This document shows positions 1-10,400 of a stretch of 64,000 nt of DNA, piece after piece. Below the pieces are notes generated by a model. It saw only the letters and a list, made by a program, of their open reading frames with translations. It had not been told where the DNA came from and searched no databases. Source of the stretch: a virus; the UHGV virus genome UHGV-0348865; one strand, given 5' to 3'. How positions within the stretch are numbered: position 1 is the first letter of the stretch; the number at the start of each line of letters is the position of its first letter. The position numbers and the translations under genes are program-made.

Positions 1-599
1 AATTGACTGTTTGTTCCGTTGTTAGTTAACTTGACCCCAGCATATCTTCCGTTGACTGTAGAGTTAACACCCCACGTAGCTTCATACTCAGAGAGTTTCA
101 TATACTGAGAAAGGCTTCCGTTGATATTTTGCAGTTCTGTCTGAACAAGAGCAATCTCTTGACCTTGATCGTTAACAATACCTTCTACTGTCTGAATCTT
201 AGTTGTGTTACCTTCGATGCTAGTCTTAAAACCAGATACAGTGCTTTCCAGCTTCACAGGAGGTTGAACAGAATTATCCCAAATATCCTCAGTGGACAGG
301 TTCCCCATCTGGGTTTGGATATCTGCAATAGCTGTTTCTATCTCTGTAGTAATTCTATTCTCAAGCCCATCAAATTGTAGATTCATTGCATTAAGAGCTT
401 TAATACGAACATCAATCTCTTCGTGAATTTCATCTATAGCTTGGAACATTTGGTTAGTAGCTGTACTGACTTTTTGTAATTCATCATACACGGCTACGTT
501 ATATGTTTCTGTGTCCTGTACATTATTGAGAAACCCAACGTTGTACGGGAGTGTGGTGTTGTTACGACCTGTATTCTTTCTAAATCCTCCAGCACCCAT
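1..599 (-). CDS. tail-associated structural protein, N-terminal part (partial; ORF runs off the window start)
   Basis: ATG at 599-597 on minus strand preceded by AGGAGGG ribosome-binding site; frame stays open to coordinate 1; predicted coiled-coil-like sequence; context next to tail genes. Confidence 0.5.
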   Translation of the reverse strand, partial: MGAGGFRKNTGRNNTTLPYNVGFLNNVQDTETYNVAVYDELQKVSTATNQMFQAIDEIHEEIDVRIKALNAMNLQFDGLENRITTEIETAIADIQTQMGNLSTEDIWDNSVQPPVKLESTVSGFKTSIEGNTTKIQTVEGIVNDQGQEIALVQTELQNINGSLSQYMKLSEYEATWGVNSTVNGRYAGVKLTNNGTNSQ

Positions 600-625
600 T
601 CCATAATCCCTCCTTGCTAGATAAT

Positions 626-656
626 CTAAAAACAATAAAAGGGGCACGAAGCCCCT
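626..656 (-). terminator. rho-independent terminator downstream of 662..3679
   Basis: GGGGCTTCGTGCCCC hairpin followed by TTTATTGTTTTT on the minus strand. Confidence 0.7.
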
Positions 657-661
657 TGTTA

Positions 662-3600
662 TTATCTTCGTCCGCCAACAGCAAACTCTATCGTTAACCC
701 ATTGATAGCAGCATTACTGTTAACATCATTATCTATAACATTATAGAAAAGGTATGGATGGTTCAGTCTCACAGAGACATGCCTGTCAACACCGATCGTG
801 TATGTCTTAGATGTGTGTGGGTGTCCATATTCATTTGAGAATTGACTACCACCAGCTTCAAATATGTAAGTACCTGAACCAGTTGTCTGAGGTCTGAACC
901 TGTTGATATGTTTCTGATTCCATTCGTTAGTGATGTTATCAAAATCCATACCAGTTCTTTCTAACCTCATCTCCAGTGGTTTTTCTATAACCTTATCATT
1001 AAGCCTATCATAGAAGTAATCCAAAGCACCAACATCCACTTGATAGAATCCCCTCAAGAATGAACCTACTATCGTAACCCTCTGTCTAAAGTTTGTTGCA
1101 TCCTTTCTCCAAACAAGTTCTTTGATAGATGGGTCATCCCAAGTGATCTCTTGGAAGTCAGACCAGATTGGACCTCTCTCTAAAACAGGAGGGTCAACCA
1201 GACCGATACACTGAGCATAAGGGATAGTACGGAAAGACCAAGTATCAAACTCATAATTCCATACAGCAGCTTTAGTGCAAGCGAAGCTTTCTTTCGGCTC
1301 TCCCGGACCTACATAGAGAACCCAAACTTCTTTCTTATCCTGATGCAAGTGTACTCGAGTAGCTAGAGGGTTAACCAGACAAACCTCGTTAATCAGCATG
1401 TTCTTAACACGGTTAGATGCAATTGACTTCTTGGTTGCACCATTGTGTAAGATCACATCGTTCTGAGTAACTACGAAATGACTACCTTCTACTTCAACCA
1501 CACACTCAGGAGCAAGGATACCAGAGTCATTAAAGAGTTTCTTGAACATCAGAGGTTGGTATGTGTTATTAGTTGGAGAACCAATATACGTTTCAAACTC
1601 TGTATAAACGAACAAGTAGTCTTTAAGAGGCAGGATATCAATCAAGCTACCATTAGAATCGGCTAGGTCAATGTAACCAGCATACCCATTCTCTAGAGCC
1701 TGAGTCTGCCCTACGATGTTAGAAGCTAAGTCCGAAGACACAACTCGATCATAGGCAAAGTCATCCCACAGTGTAGGAGCCTTGTTCTCATTGGCAAAGT
1801 TAGACCAACGAAGACGAAGCGGATAGTTAGTGGTAACACCAGAAGCATTAGCCTCTCTCATATTCAGAGCAAAAAGACGGTTGTTAAAAGATCTCACTCT
1901 CTCACATTTCCAGTTAAACTTCTTGACTGAAGGGTTTCCATCACTATCAACAACTGTTTGCTCACCCCACCCCGGAAGGTCTACAAAGTATTCTGATTCG
2001 AATTCTTTTACCTGAGGAGTTTCATAGTGAGTTGTAGCAACTGCACAGTTAGAGATAACAGCGTGATACCAAGGGTAGTCATCAAAAGCATCGTAATCCT
2101 TCTGAGTCATCTGACTGACAGTGCATGTTACGTTAATCTCTCCTTTACGAAGAGCAACCAGTTTGATAGATTTACCAGTGACTGAAGTTGTAGAAACATA
2201 ACCAGTTTTATCAACAGACCACTGATAAGAGTACTCACCTTCTGGAGAAGCTGTGGCTGTAATGACAATCTCTTCACCAACATCAAGGGAGGCGCTGACA
2301 ATATCTAAGGTTACAGACGACAAAGGGGTTGCCAGTAAAGAAGCTCTTGCAAAACCTTCAATGTCATTCACGTTAGAGTAGTCGTAGAAGTTGTTACCTT
2401 CATACATCCCTGACGTATCAATACCGGATGTAGGCTCAGCAAAATAAACCGTCTCTTCACTTTCAGGAGGAGTTACTACTTCTTCCTCTTGAGTTTCTAC
2501 TGACTCTGACACAGGAGCGGCAAATGCCATAGCACTTGTTCTCATTGTCCTTCCAGCTAAATCCACACGTACAGTACAGACAGCAACTCTGTTACCTTCT
2601 TCAGTGGTAGCTGTAATCTCAGTAAAACCAGCAAGCAGAGCGTTGATCGTCCCTTGTGTGCTAGTCCCTGATACTGTTGCAATATTTGGGTTAGAAGAGG
2701 TCCAAGTAATGTTTTGATTAGGGGCGTTAGCAGGAGAAAGGGTGGCAGTTAAAATATACTGAGAACCTCTACTCACAGTAACATCTGACTGGCTTAAAGA
2801 GATACTATCAATCTGAGGGATAGAAACAATCTCACAAGAAGCAGTCTTAGTCCCGTTATCAGCAGTGATTGTTACATTACCTTCTCCATTCGCTGTAATG
2901 ACAGCAGTTAAAGAGTTGGCGTTAGGGGTTACAGATACAATAGAAGCATTATTGCTGGACCAAGTTACAGGGGTTTTGCCAGTAACAGCCGTGAGGGTAG
3001 TAGTCCCTCCTTTACGAATTGTAACAGTATCTTGACTCAAGAAGATGCCTGAATCACCATCGATGATATTAACAGCAATCTGAGCCACTACGGATTCATT
3101 GGCAGTAGAGATAGTTACTACAAGATTACCCTCTTTCTCAAAAGATGTTAGAGTAGCAAGTTTAGAGTCACTAGGGTCTACCGTAATACTTCCATAGGAT
3201 GAGTTACTAACCTCCCAAATAAGATCGGTATTGTTAGCATCAGCAGGGAGAAGAGAAACCTCTAGATTCTTGGTCTGATTGAAGTTCATTGAGATAGTTG
3301 ATTCTTTAGGAACGATCTGAGAAACAACTGGATAAATCTTAATTGAGGCAGAAGCCTTCTTAGTGACTGTAGCAACCTTACGGCTAATATCAGTCAAGCT
3401 TTCATCTGTCAGTTTATATAACTTCTTATCAGTACCTACAACAAGAAAGCTATTACCTGCGCTATAATAATCGAAAGGCATAGAAACGAAAGACAGAGGG
3501 GTTAAATCCTTATCTTCATCTACATAAGAAAGAGGGGCATTGCCCCCCGTCTTAAATACTCTCTGCTCAACAAATCGAGCATTTATAGCATTAGTGAAAG

Positions 3601-3679
3601 CATTAGGAGCTAAGTCTGTCGGAGCCTGATCAGCGATAACGCCTACAGCACCTAGTGACTTTATTGGATACAGCGCCAT
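662..3679 (-). CDS. large tail protein with repeated Ig-like (Big_2-type) domains; possible tail spike / host-specificity protein
   Basis: 1005-aa ORF; repeated approx 80-aa Thr/Ser-rich beta modules resembling bacterial Ig-like domains; position in tail module. Confidence 0.5.
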   Translation of the reverse strand: MALYPIKSLGAVGVIADQAPTDLAPNAFTNAINARFVEQRVFKTGGNAPLSYVDEDKDLTPLSFVSMPFDYYSAGNSFLVVGTDKKLYKLTDESLTDISRKVATVTKKASASIKIYPVVSQIVPKESTISMNFNQTKNLEVSLLPADANNTDLIWEVSNSSYGSITVDPSDSKLATLTSFEKEGNLVVTISTANESVVAQIAVNIIDGDSGIFLSQDTVTIRKGGTTTLTAVTGKTPVTWSSNNASIVSVTPNANSLTAVITANGEGNVTITADNGTKTASCEIVSIPQIDSISLSQSDVTVSRGSQYILTATLSPANAPNQNITWTSSNPNIATVSGTSTQGTINALLAGFTEITATTEEGNRVAVCTVRVDLAGRTMRTSAMAFAAPVSESVETQEEEVVTPPESEETVYFAEPTSGIDTSGMYEGNNFYDYSNVNDIEGFARASLLATPLSSVTLDIVSASLDVGEEIVITATASPEGEYSYQWSVDKTGYVSTTSVTGKSIKLVALRKGEINVTCTVSQMTQKDYDAFDDYPWYHAVISNCAVATTHYETPQVKEFESEYFVDLPGWGEQTVVDSDGNPSVKKFNWKCERVRSFNNRLFALNMREANASGVTTNYPLRLRWSNFANENKAPTLWDDFAYDRVVSSDLASNIVGQTQALENGYAGYIDLADSNGSLIDILPLKDYLFVYTEFETYIGSPTNNTYQPLMFKKLFNDSGILAPECVVEVEGSHFVVTQNDVILHNGATKKSIASNRVKNMLINEVCLVNPLATRVHLHQDKKEVWVLYVGPGEPKESFACTKAAVWNYEFDTWSFRTIPYAQCIGLVDPPVLERGPIWSDFQEITWDDPSIKELVWRKDATNFRQRVTIVGSFLRGFYQVDVGALDYFYDRLNDKVIEKPLEMRLERTGMDFDNITNEWNQKHINRFRPQTTGSGTYIFEAGGSQFSNEYGHPHTSKTYTIGVDRHVSVRLNHPYLFYNVIDNDVNSNAAINGLTIEFAVGGRR

Positions 3680-3688
3680 AATTCCTCC

Positions 3689-4492
3689 TTAGCTAATACG
3701 TCTCCAAATGTGAGCTGCTCTGAATGGTGGCAAAGTGTTAATAGGTTGACGAGAGATATCATCACGACCAAGACTTACACTACCAGAGATTGTATGAGTA
3801 TGTGTGTCATTATCAGTTCTCTGACTATAACCACCACCCGGACTATACCAGTTTGGTGAGCTGTTATGACCACTAGCATCCCCACGACCAAACACCATAT
3901 TGTGACTGTGAGTATTACTGGATAGAGAGAAGCTGGAGCCATTAACTGTCATCAAAGGTACGTTCTCAGTTCGAATAGTATTGAAGACACGACCACCAGT
4001 ACCACCTGCTTGGAACTCAACTCTCTGAGCATTAGGAACAGTTCCATCAGGGTTTACTACACCAGTACCCATAATGACACCAGTCACTTTAGCCCAAGAA
4101 CCAAACCCTAAGGAGATTGAATCACCTGGGTTAATGTCTTCTTCAGTGATATAGTAAGAACCAATTCGATAGAGCTTATTCTCCATCCAGTTCTTCATGA
4201 ACGCTTCCATCTGGCCTTTAGTAACAACATCCTTGTCACCAGTTCCCGGAGTAACATTCTTGATCATAAGACCACCAACATCCATTGCATCACCAGTAAA
4301 CTTAAGCTTCTCTGACATAATCTTAAAGGTATCAGAATCTATATCAACCGGTTCTGTAACATTGGGGAATGTGTTCTGTAACGTTTGTTTAATGAGGCGG
4401 ATTTGAGCCGCCCCTTCGTAGATGTAATCCCTGTCTCTAGGATAGAGCGGGTTTAAGTCGGTAATAACTACCGCATTAGTTTCGATAGCCAA
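3689..4492 (-). CDS. tail fibre-like protein (tail collar-type domain)
   Basis: 267-aa ORF, Gly-rich with collar-like segment; adjacent to tail genes. Confidence 0.45.
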   Translation of the reverse strand: MAIETNAVVITDLNPLYPRDRDYIYEGAAQIRLIKQTLQNTFPNVTEPVDIDSDTFKIMSEKLKFTGDAMDVGGLMIKNVTPGTGDKDVVTKGQMEAFMKNWMENKLYRIGSYYITEEDINPGDSISLGFGSWAKVTGVIMGTGVVNPDGTVPNAQRVEFQAGGTGGRVFNTIRTENVPLMTVNGSSFSLSSNTHSHNMVFGRGDASGHNSSPNWYSPGGGYSQRTDNDTHTHTISGSVSLGRDDISRQPINTLPPFRAAHIWRRIS

Positions 4493-4504
4493 AAGGCACC
4501 TCCA

Positions 4505-4996
4505 TTAATATTTACCTTCGGTGTAAAGATCAGCTTCTGCAACCCTTCTATTATGAAGACCCTGACTTCTCTGCTTCTCTCCCTTGACCGTTATTTTATC
4601 CCAACGAAGAAATTCGGAATATACATCCCCTTTAACTTCTCCATTGATAACCTTCCTTAACTTAGATGTGCTCAAAGCACCACTGCCAACATTGAAGTTG
4701 AAAGAAGTGAGTGCATCAAACTCATGAACTAGTAAAGGAACCTTTATGTTCTTTTGAGTAGCACGAACAGAGTCTTGTGTGTCTCTATCTAGCAGAGCTA
4801 GACAATCCTCTATAGAATACGTTAATCCTTGTCTAACCGGATAACCATTCATATCGCGCGTAGCCCCTACACATATAGTCCATATACCTGCGGAATCTTT
4901 ATAAGCCTTGGTTCTCATACCCTCATGCTTCATGATGAATTCCATTCCAGCTGGGCTTAAGTTTAGTTGTACAGGTAGCAATGCGGCGTTATCCAT
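4505..4996 (-). CDS. endolysin, T4-lysozyme-like (glycoside hydrolase family 24)
   Basis: N-terminal motif FIMKHEG...KAYKDSAGIWTICVGAT matches the T4 lysozyme catalytic region (E...YKD...YTIGIG). Confidence 0.75.
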   Translation of the reverse strand: MDNAALLPVQLNLSPAGMEFIMKHEGMRTKAYKDSAGIWTICVGATRDMNGYPVRQGLTYSIEDCLALLDRDTQDSVRATQKNIKVPLLVHEFDALTSFNFNVGSGALSTSKLRKVINGEVKGDVYSEFLRWDKITVKGEKQRSQGLHNRRVAEADLYTEGKY

Positions 4997-5025
4997 TCCT
5001 AACCTCCTTTTGTAGTCCCTTTAAA

Positions 5026-5244
5026 TTAAGGTAGTATCTTTCTCAGAGCGTTAGATTCAGCATCAGGGCAAATAACAACTAAGTTATTTTGAATTGTTCT
5101 CTGCTTGCATTGAGAGCTAAGCTTCTCTACTGGAGCAGGGACAGTTACTAATGGATGAACTGCGCTTACAGGAACTGCGGTTGATACCACAACGCCTGCA
5201 ACTAAACAGATTAAACCATATGCAGCCTGTTTCATCATTTTCAT
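5026..5244 (-). CDS. small secreted/membrane protein next to endolysin (possible lysis accessory)
   Basis: 72-aa ORF with N-terminal hydrophobic signal-like segment; location beside endolysin. Confidence 0.35.
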   Translation of the reverse strand: MKMMKQAAYGLICLVAGVVVSTAVPVSAVHPLVTVPAPVEKLSSQCKQRTIQNNLVVICPDAESNALRKILP

Positions 5245-5303
5245 TTGAGTGTCTCCTATATATTAACCTCTTGGGATATATTAGTTTCATTACTTACTAA
5301 GGG

Positions 5304-5333
5304 TACTTACTACTAAAGCCCCCGAAGGGGGCT
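5304..5333 (-). terminator. candidate terminator after tail fibre gene
   Basis: AGCCCCCTTCGGGGGCT hairpin on the minus strand followed by a moderately T-rich tract. Confidence 0.45.
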
Positions 5334-5337
5334 TATC

Positions 5338-7446
5338 TCACTTGTTAGATTTGAGTTCAGCAATCTCTGCTTTAAGGGTGTCGATTTGTTCCATCAAAGC
5401 CAGAATAGCTTCGTGGTGAAGACCAATCGCAATACCAGTAGAATCTGGAGATAGGACACCTTTGACAACTGTTCCATCAGGGAGGGTTCTGTCTGGGCCT
5501 GTATAGACCAACTCTGGATAGATATCCTGAACTTCTTGAGCAATGAACCCAATACCAAACTGGCCCCCGTCTAAGCGTCGCCAAGTGTACCCATGTAGTT
5601 TCTTCATCTTCTCAAGAGGTTCTTCTATCTTAGCAATATCCTTTTTAATTCGGATATCCGAATTACTTACCCAGTTAGCAGGAGCTATGGCACTACCAAA
5701 CTGGTTAAACAACCAATCATAATTCACCCCTGCTCCTGAGAATCTAAGTATGCCAAAGCTATCAACGCCCACGTTCTCCGCAAGAGACATGGAGAAAACA
5801 GCGCCCTGTGTTCCTGGATTACCCGCCCTGCCTGTCAGCTCACAAATAAACGCCGGGGATGCTACAGGCCACAGACCATCAGACCCTAACTTAGAAGCTG
5901 CAATGAAACCTGACCCCACACCTCTAGTGTATGTTGGGATTGTTAGCTCCCCACCAAGGTCGAATCGAATCTCGGAACTTTTACCTTGATAGTCTTCAAT
6001 TCTCCATACACCACCTCCACGTTGACCATAATTACCATCAGCACGCATAGAAGATCTTATGTGCATAGAGTCTCCAATATTATAGTCAGAGCGAACCTCA
6101 CCACCCTTTATAGCCGTCCCTGTTCCAGGAGCAGCGGAATCTCCATTAATAACAGACCAAGAAGTATTAGCTGCAATAAATGCTCCGTTGGCACGAACTA
6201 CCCATACGCCAGATACTTTGTTTGGAACGATCTCTGCTGAGTTGTTGCGTCCGTAGACGGCGCTGGAACGGGAGGCATCGAAGGTGATTCGCCCGTATGC
6301 GTCCCCAGAAGCTGCCAACGCGGTGAGGTTCGTGGCTGGCGTAACAGTTCCCCCAGCAAACGCCCCGCTGGGACTGAAGTATATCCCACGTGTTCCGGCG
6401 TATGTGTTGTCTAAAGAGGCTGTGATATTAGGAGCGCTATTCAACGCGACAGTCATATCAGAAGCAGAAGTTTTTCCACCTCGGAAAAACAAACCTTCTA
6501 TAGAGCCATCCTGAACACCGTTCCAATCTGGTACACGGAAAGTAGTTGTACCATTACCTAAAGAATATTTGCCACGCTGAGATGGGTCTGCTAACCAATC
6601 AGAATCGTCAATAGGGGTTAGCATTTGAGCAAACACCCATAGTTCTGGATATTTAGCTCGTTCTAATAGCTGCCCATCTAAAGTCACGTCATATGGGTGT
6701 ATAAGTGCTCGGCTTGCAGCCATATGAGGAGTACCAATTCCGTAGTTCATAATACCGTTCATTGTGGCTCCACCAGAACCACCACTGTTACGAAGCTGTC
6801 TCATAGTCACAGCGTCATAATCACCTACACCATCTGCAATAGTAACAGGCTGTTGGAAAGTTACCTTCTGAGTAAACTGTTTGATATCAGAGTTAATTCC
6901 TGTACGGTTCACACCAATAGTGCGACCCTTAGAATCCTTAACATAAGAGCCAATCGCAGCAAAAGGCAAATCCTCAATCTCTGGGCGATAACGTTTAGAA
7001 TAAACTGGATACTTGGTTTCTACACCAGAATCGTTCTGGTCTACTACTTGAAGACGACCAGCAGAGTGAATCTCTACCCCTTGAACAGAAGAAGCATAGC
7101 TACCAATCTTGATTGCATTGTCAGTAGTGACTTTCATCATATCCACAGACTCTACACCATTAGCCCCAGCAGAACGGAAAGGGATGTTATTGTCTACGAA
7201 AGGGTCTGCTTTGAACAAAGCACCTTCCATGATAGGTTGAATTGAATCTAATACATAATCTTTAGATGCACCTTCTGTTTTAGTTTGATATACATCAGCT
7301 GCATCTGTTTTCTGTAGATATTTACCTGTTAAATCTACTGCACCAGCTACTCCGTCTACAGTAGAAACCCCAACAACTGCTGCATCTCTATTGATTACAA
7401 CATGTGGCATCATTATCCCAGATTTGGGCATTAATTCTCTAGCCAT
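5338..7446 (-). CDS. tail fibre protein 2 with tail-collar domain and C-terminal intramolecular chaperone (peptidase S74-like) domain
   Basis: collar-like motif KYSLGNGTTTFRVPDWNG; C-terminal SDIRIKKDI...GFIAQEVQDIYPELV chaperone-type motif; paralogous to C-terminal part of 7486..10773. Confidence 0.7.
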   Translation of the reverse strand: MARELMPKSGIMMPHVVINRDAAVVGVSTVDGVAGAVDLTGKYLQKTDAADVYQTKTEGASKDYVLDSIQPIMEGALFKADPFVDNNIPFRSAGANGVESVDMMKVTTDNAIKIGSYASSVQGVEIHSAGRLQVVDQNDSGVETKYPVYSKRYRPEIEDLPFAAIGSYVKDSKGRTIGVNRTGINSDIKQFTQKVTFQQPVTIADGVGDYDAVTMRQLRNSGGSGGATMNGIMNYGIGTPHMAASRALIHPYDVTLDGQLLERAKYPELWVFAQMLTPIDDSDWLADPSQRGKYSLGNGTTTFRVPDWNGVQDGSIEGLFFRGGKTSASDMTVALNSAPNITASLDNTYAGTRGIYFSPSGAFAGGTVTPATNLTALAASGDAYGRITFDASRSSAVYGRNNSAEIVPNKVSGVWVVRANGAFIAANTSWSVINGDSAAPGTGTAIKGGEVRSDYNIGDSMHIRSSMRADGNYGQRGGGVWRIEDYQGKSSEIRFDLGGELTIPTYTRGVGSGFIAASKLGSDGLWPVASPAFICELTGRAGNPGTQGAVFSMSLAENVGVDSFGILRFSGAGVNYDWLFNQFGSAIAPANWVSNSDIRIKKDIAKIEEPLEKMKKLHGYTWRRLDGGQFGIGFIAQEVQDIYPELVYTGPDRTLPDGTVVKGVLSPDSTGIAIGLHHEAILALMEQIDTLKAEIAELKSNK

Positions 7447-7460
7447 TAAATCCTCCTAAA

Positions 7461-7478
7461 AGCTCCCCGAAGGGAGCT
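7461..7478 (-). terminator. intergenic hairpin between the two fibre genes (attenuator or RNA-stability element)
   Basis: AGCTCCCTTCGGGGAGCT perfect hairpin on the minus strand; no clean T-run, next gene's ribosome-binding site follows. Confidence 0.3.
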
Positions 7479-7485
7479 GTGTTAA

Positions 7486-10400
7486 TTAACGAGCTTTCAG
7501 TACAGCTACTTCATTCTCTAGAGCTTCAATCTTGTCCAAGAGGACAAGAAGAACTTCGTGATGAAGAGCGGCTGCTACACCATAGGTGTCAACAGATTTA
7601 ACATCCTTCACAATTGTTCCATCTTTCAACTCCGTGTCAGAGAACTTAGTAACCTTGACGGCATCCGGAAAAACCTTCTCAACATCTTGAGCTAAGAAAC
7701 CAATACCATTGGGCTTAGAGAGTTTATCCAACCGCTCCCATGTTACACCCTTAATAGCTTTAAGTTTCTCTATAGGGTTTTCAATCCGTTTGATGTTCGT
7801 CTTAAGCCTCTCATCAGAGGTGCTTGCCCAATTTCCTGCTTGTGCCGTTCCATCAGGAAAGAACTTGAAGTCAGCAGCTGTTCCAGTACCACCATTCACA
7901 GAAATCTGAGCGTGCATCAACTCTGTTCCACCACCACGAACACCACCAAAAGTGTAACTGCCATCATACCAGTCACCAGAGAAATAGGAAACATACCCCG
8001 GAGTACTTTGGTTGAAATTGATCATCCTGATAGCGTTCTTCTCACTTGGTGCTACACCAACAGAATTGTTAGCCCTGACCAGCACGTCAGTAGGTCTTAA
8101 GTATGCATCAATTGTTAGTGCCCCGTCAGCCCTCTCTGTTCCAATCTGGGTGATAGCATTGGGAAATACCAGAGTACCAGCATTATTGAATTTCCATTCC
8201 TGGTTTCCATTAAGAATCTTAGCACCAGACTTATTAGAAGCCCCATCTATCTCTCCATAAGCAGACATAGTTGCTGAGTAGGTTAAATCTGTTCCTATCT
8301 TATATTCTGAACGAACCAGACCACCAGATACAGTAAACCCAGCCGATGGTTTAACATCATCGCTATTAATAACACTCCAAGAAGTATTAGCAGCAGTAAA
8401 GCCACCATTAGCACGAATCACCCAGACACCTATGAAGCTGTTGGTGCGGACTTCGGTCGTGTTGTCGCGACCATAAGCGGCGTTTGATAGGCCCGCTCGA
8501 AAGCCGACGGAAAGCGCTGGTGTGGTTCCTGCGCCTAACGGAATATTAAGTGCTGGATCAGCCGCAAACATCGCCCCCGTAGGATCTCCATATACGCTCC
8601 ATATGTTCGCACCAACGGAGCCTGTAATATCAGGCGCGGCGTTCTGCTGAACAGTACCGTCGTTGGCGCTGTTACCACCGTCACCGCGAGCATACAGACC
8701 AGAGATAGAACCGGTTTGAACGCCATTTCTATCAGGAACGCGGAAAGTAGTAGAACCATCACCTAAAGAGTATTTACCTCTTTTCTGAGGATCAGCCAGC
8801 CAGTCAGCATCTGTGATAGGGCTTAAGGCTTGAGCATAAGCCCATAAATCTGGATATGAAGTACGAGACAAAAGTTGTCCATCAGAAGGTACATCATTAG
8901 AGTGAATTAAAGCACGACTATCAATTAAACGGAAATCACCTATGTTGAAGTTGGACACTCCGTTTAAGCTTGCACCACTTCCACCACCTCCTTGGTTGCG
9001 TAATTGACGAAGGGTAACTGCATCTGAATCACTAACCGCATCACCACCTAAACGAGTGGGACCAATCAATCCTTCCAGTTTCGTAATATCTGAGTTAACC
9101 CCAGAAGAGTTGATAGCAGCAGCACCAATAGCAGCAGGAGTAGGTTTGTTACCTTCAGTGTAAAACTTATTCTCACCGCTAGGACCAACATGCACAGGAA
9201 CCGAAGCAGACAGCACTTTTGTGTTACTTGTATCGTTGCCAACCAAGACAGTACCGTCAGAACCAGAGGTGATCAAATTAACAGCAACACCATTACTAGA
9301 AGTGCCTGTTAATACAATACCTGTTCCTAGATTTAAGTGTCCTGTCATTTTACCACCAGAAGTAGGAAGAGCACCTAAATCAGAAGAGGTCAAAGCAACA
9401 TTACCTGTTACCTCGTCAGGAACTTTTCCATTAACTGCAACAACATATGGAACTTGAGCAAGAGGCTTACCATCATACTGAGCATCACTGGTAAGATTTG
9501 GAGATCGAATTGCTTCCCCTCCTGTCCAATCAGGCAGACGGATGTTGATGTAGTTTGTAGAATCCGCATCAGTGATACCGTCAGCAAGTTTACCCCAAGA
9601 ATAGTATTGCTTTGAACCAGCCTGCCACTCTGTCTCAGAAACTACCGGAAGCTGACCGTTGACCAAAGAAGCTCCTAAATCTGATGCAGTGTCTTTGGAA
9701 ACCAAACGACCATCAGCAGGCAAAATACCCGGGTAAGAAACAGGACGAGATGGGTCATATGGAAACATCAACAATTCACCAAGATACAGAGATGGGTTCC
9801 CTGTCGGGATGGTGATATCAATATTACCAGTTGAGTCAGGAATACGAGAGTTTACTGTTATTACCCTATTCTCTGTCTTAACTGGGGTTAATGTTTTGTT
9901 CGAAGCTACAGTATAAAATTCATATTTGTAATCTTCCCAAACCAGAACGTTCTCACCAGTTTTTCTGTTAACAGCATCGGCATCAGCCGCAGCTTTTGTT
10001 CTGTATGTTTTAACATAACCATCCACTTTCCCATCAACCTGAGATGTACTGTAAGATGCAACGTTTACGACATTATTTAAACCAACTGAAGTTTTATCTA
10101 AGACTAGATTAACATCACCGGTAGCTGGAGATCCTCCGTTCACTGCAACTGAACGAACAGATGGGATTAAGTTAGCGATATCCTCTAAGGTTGTTTTATG
10201 TACGGTATTATCGTCCTTATCAACATAGAATCCTAAATCACCAAGCTCAGGAATACCTGTAGGTGCTGTATCCAAGTCTTTAACAGAACCATCTTTTCCG
10301 GGTTCGCCTTCTGGGATACCTAAAGAGATTACACCAGTGTTAGGGTTAAAAGAACCAGTAGCTTGACTCCCCGGAGGAAGGGTAGTTACATCAACAGACA

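Noticed and set aside
129-380. Plus-strand 83-aa ORF at the window start
   Set aside because: Lies antisense within the minus-strand partial tail gene (1-599), which has a ribosome-binding site and gene-like composition; no ribosome-binding site of its own.
4505-4996. Signal-arrest-release type endolysin
   Set aside because: The N-terminal 20 residues are not sufficiently hydrophobic or Gly/Ala-rich to form a SAR domain; looks like a soluble T4-lysozyme-type enzyme.
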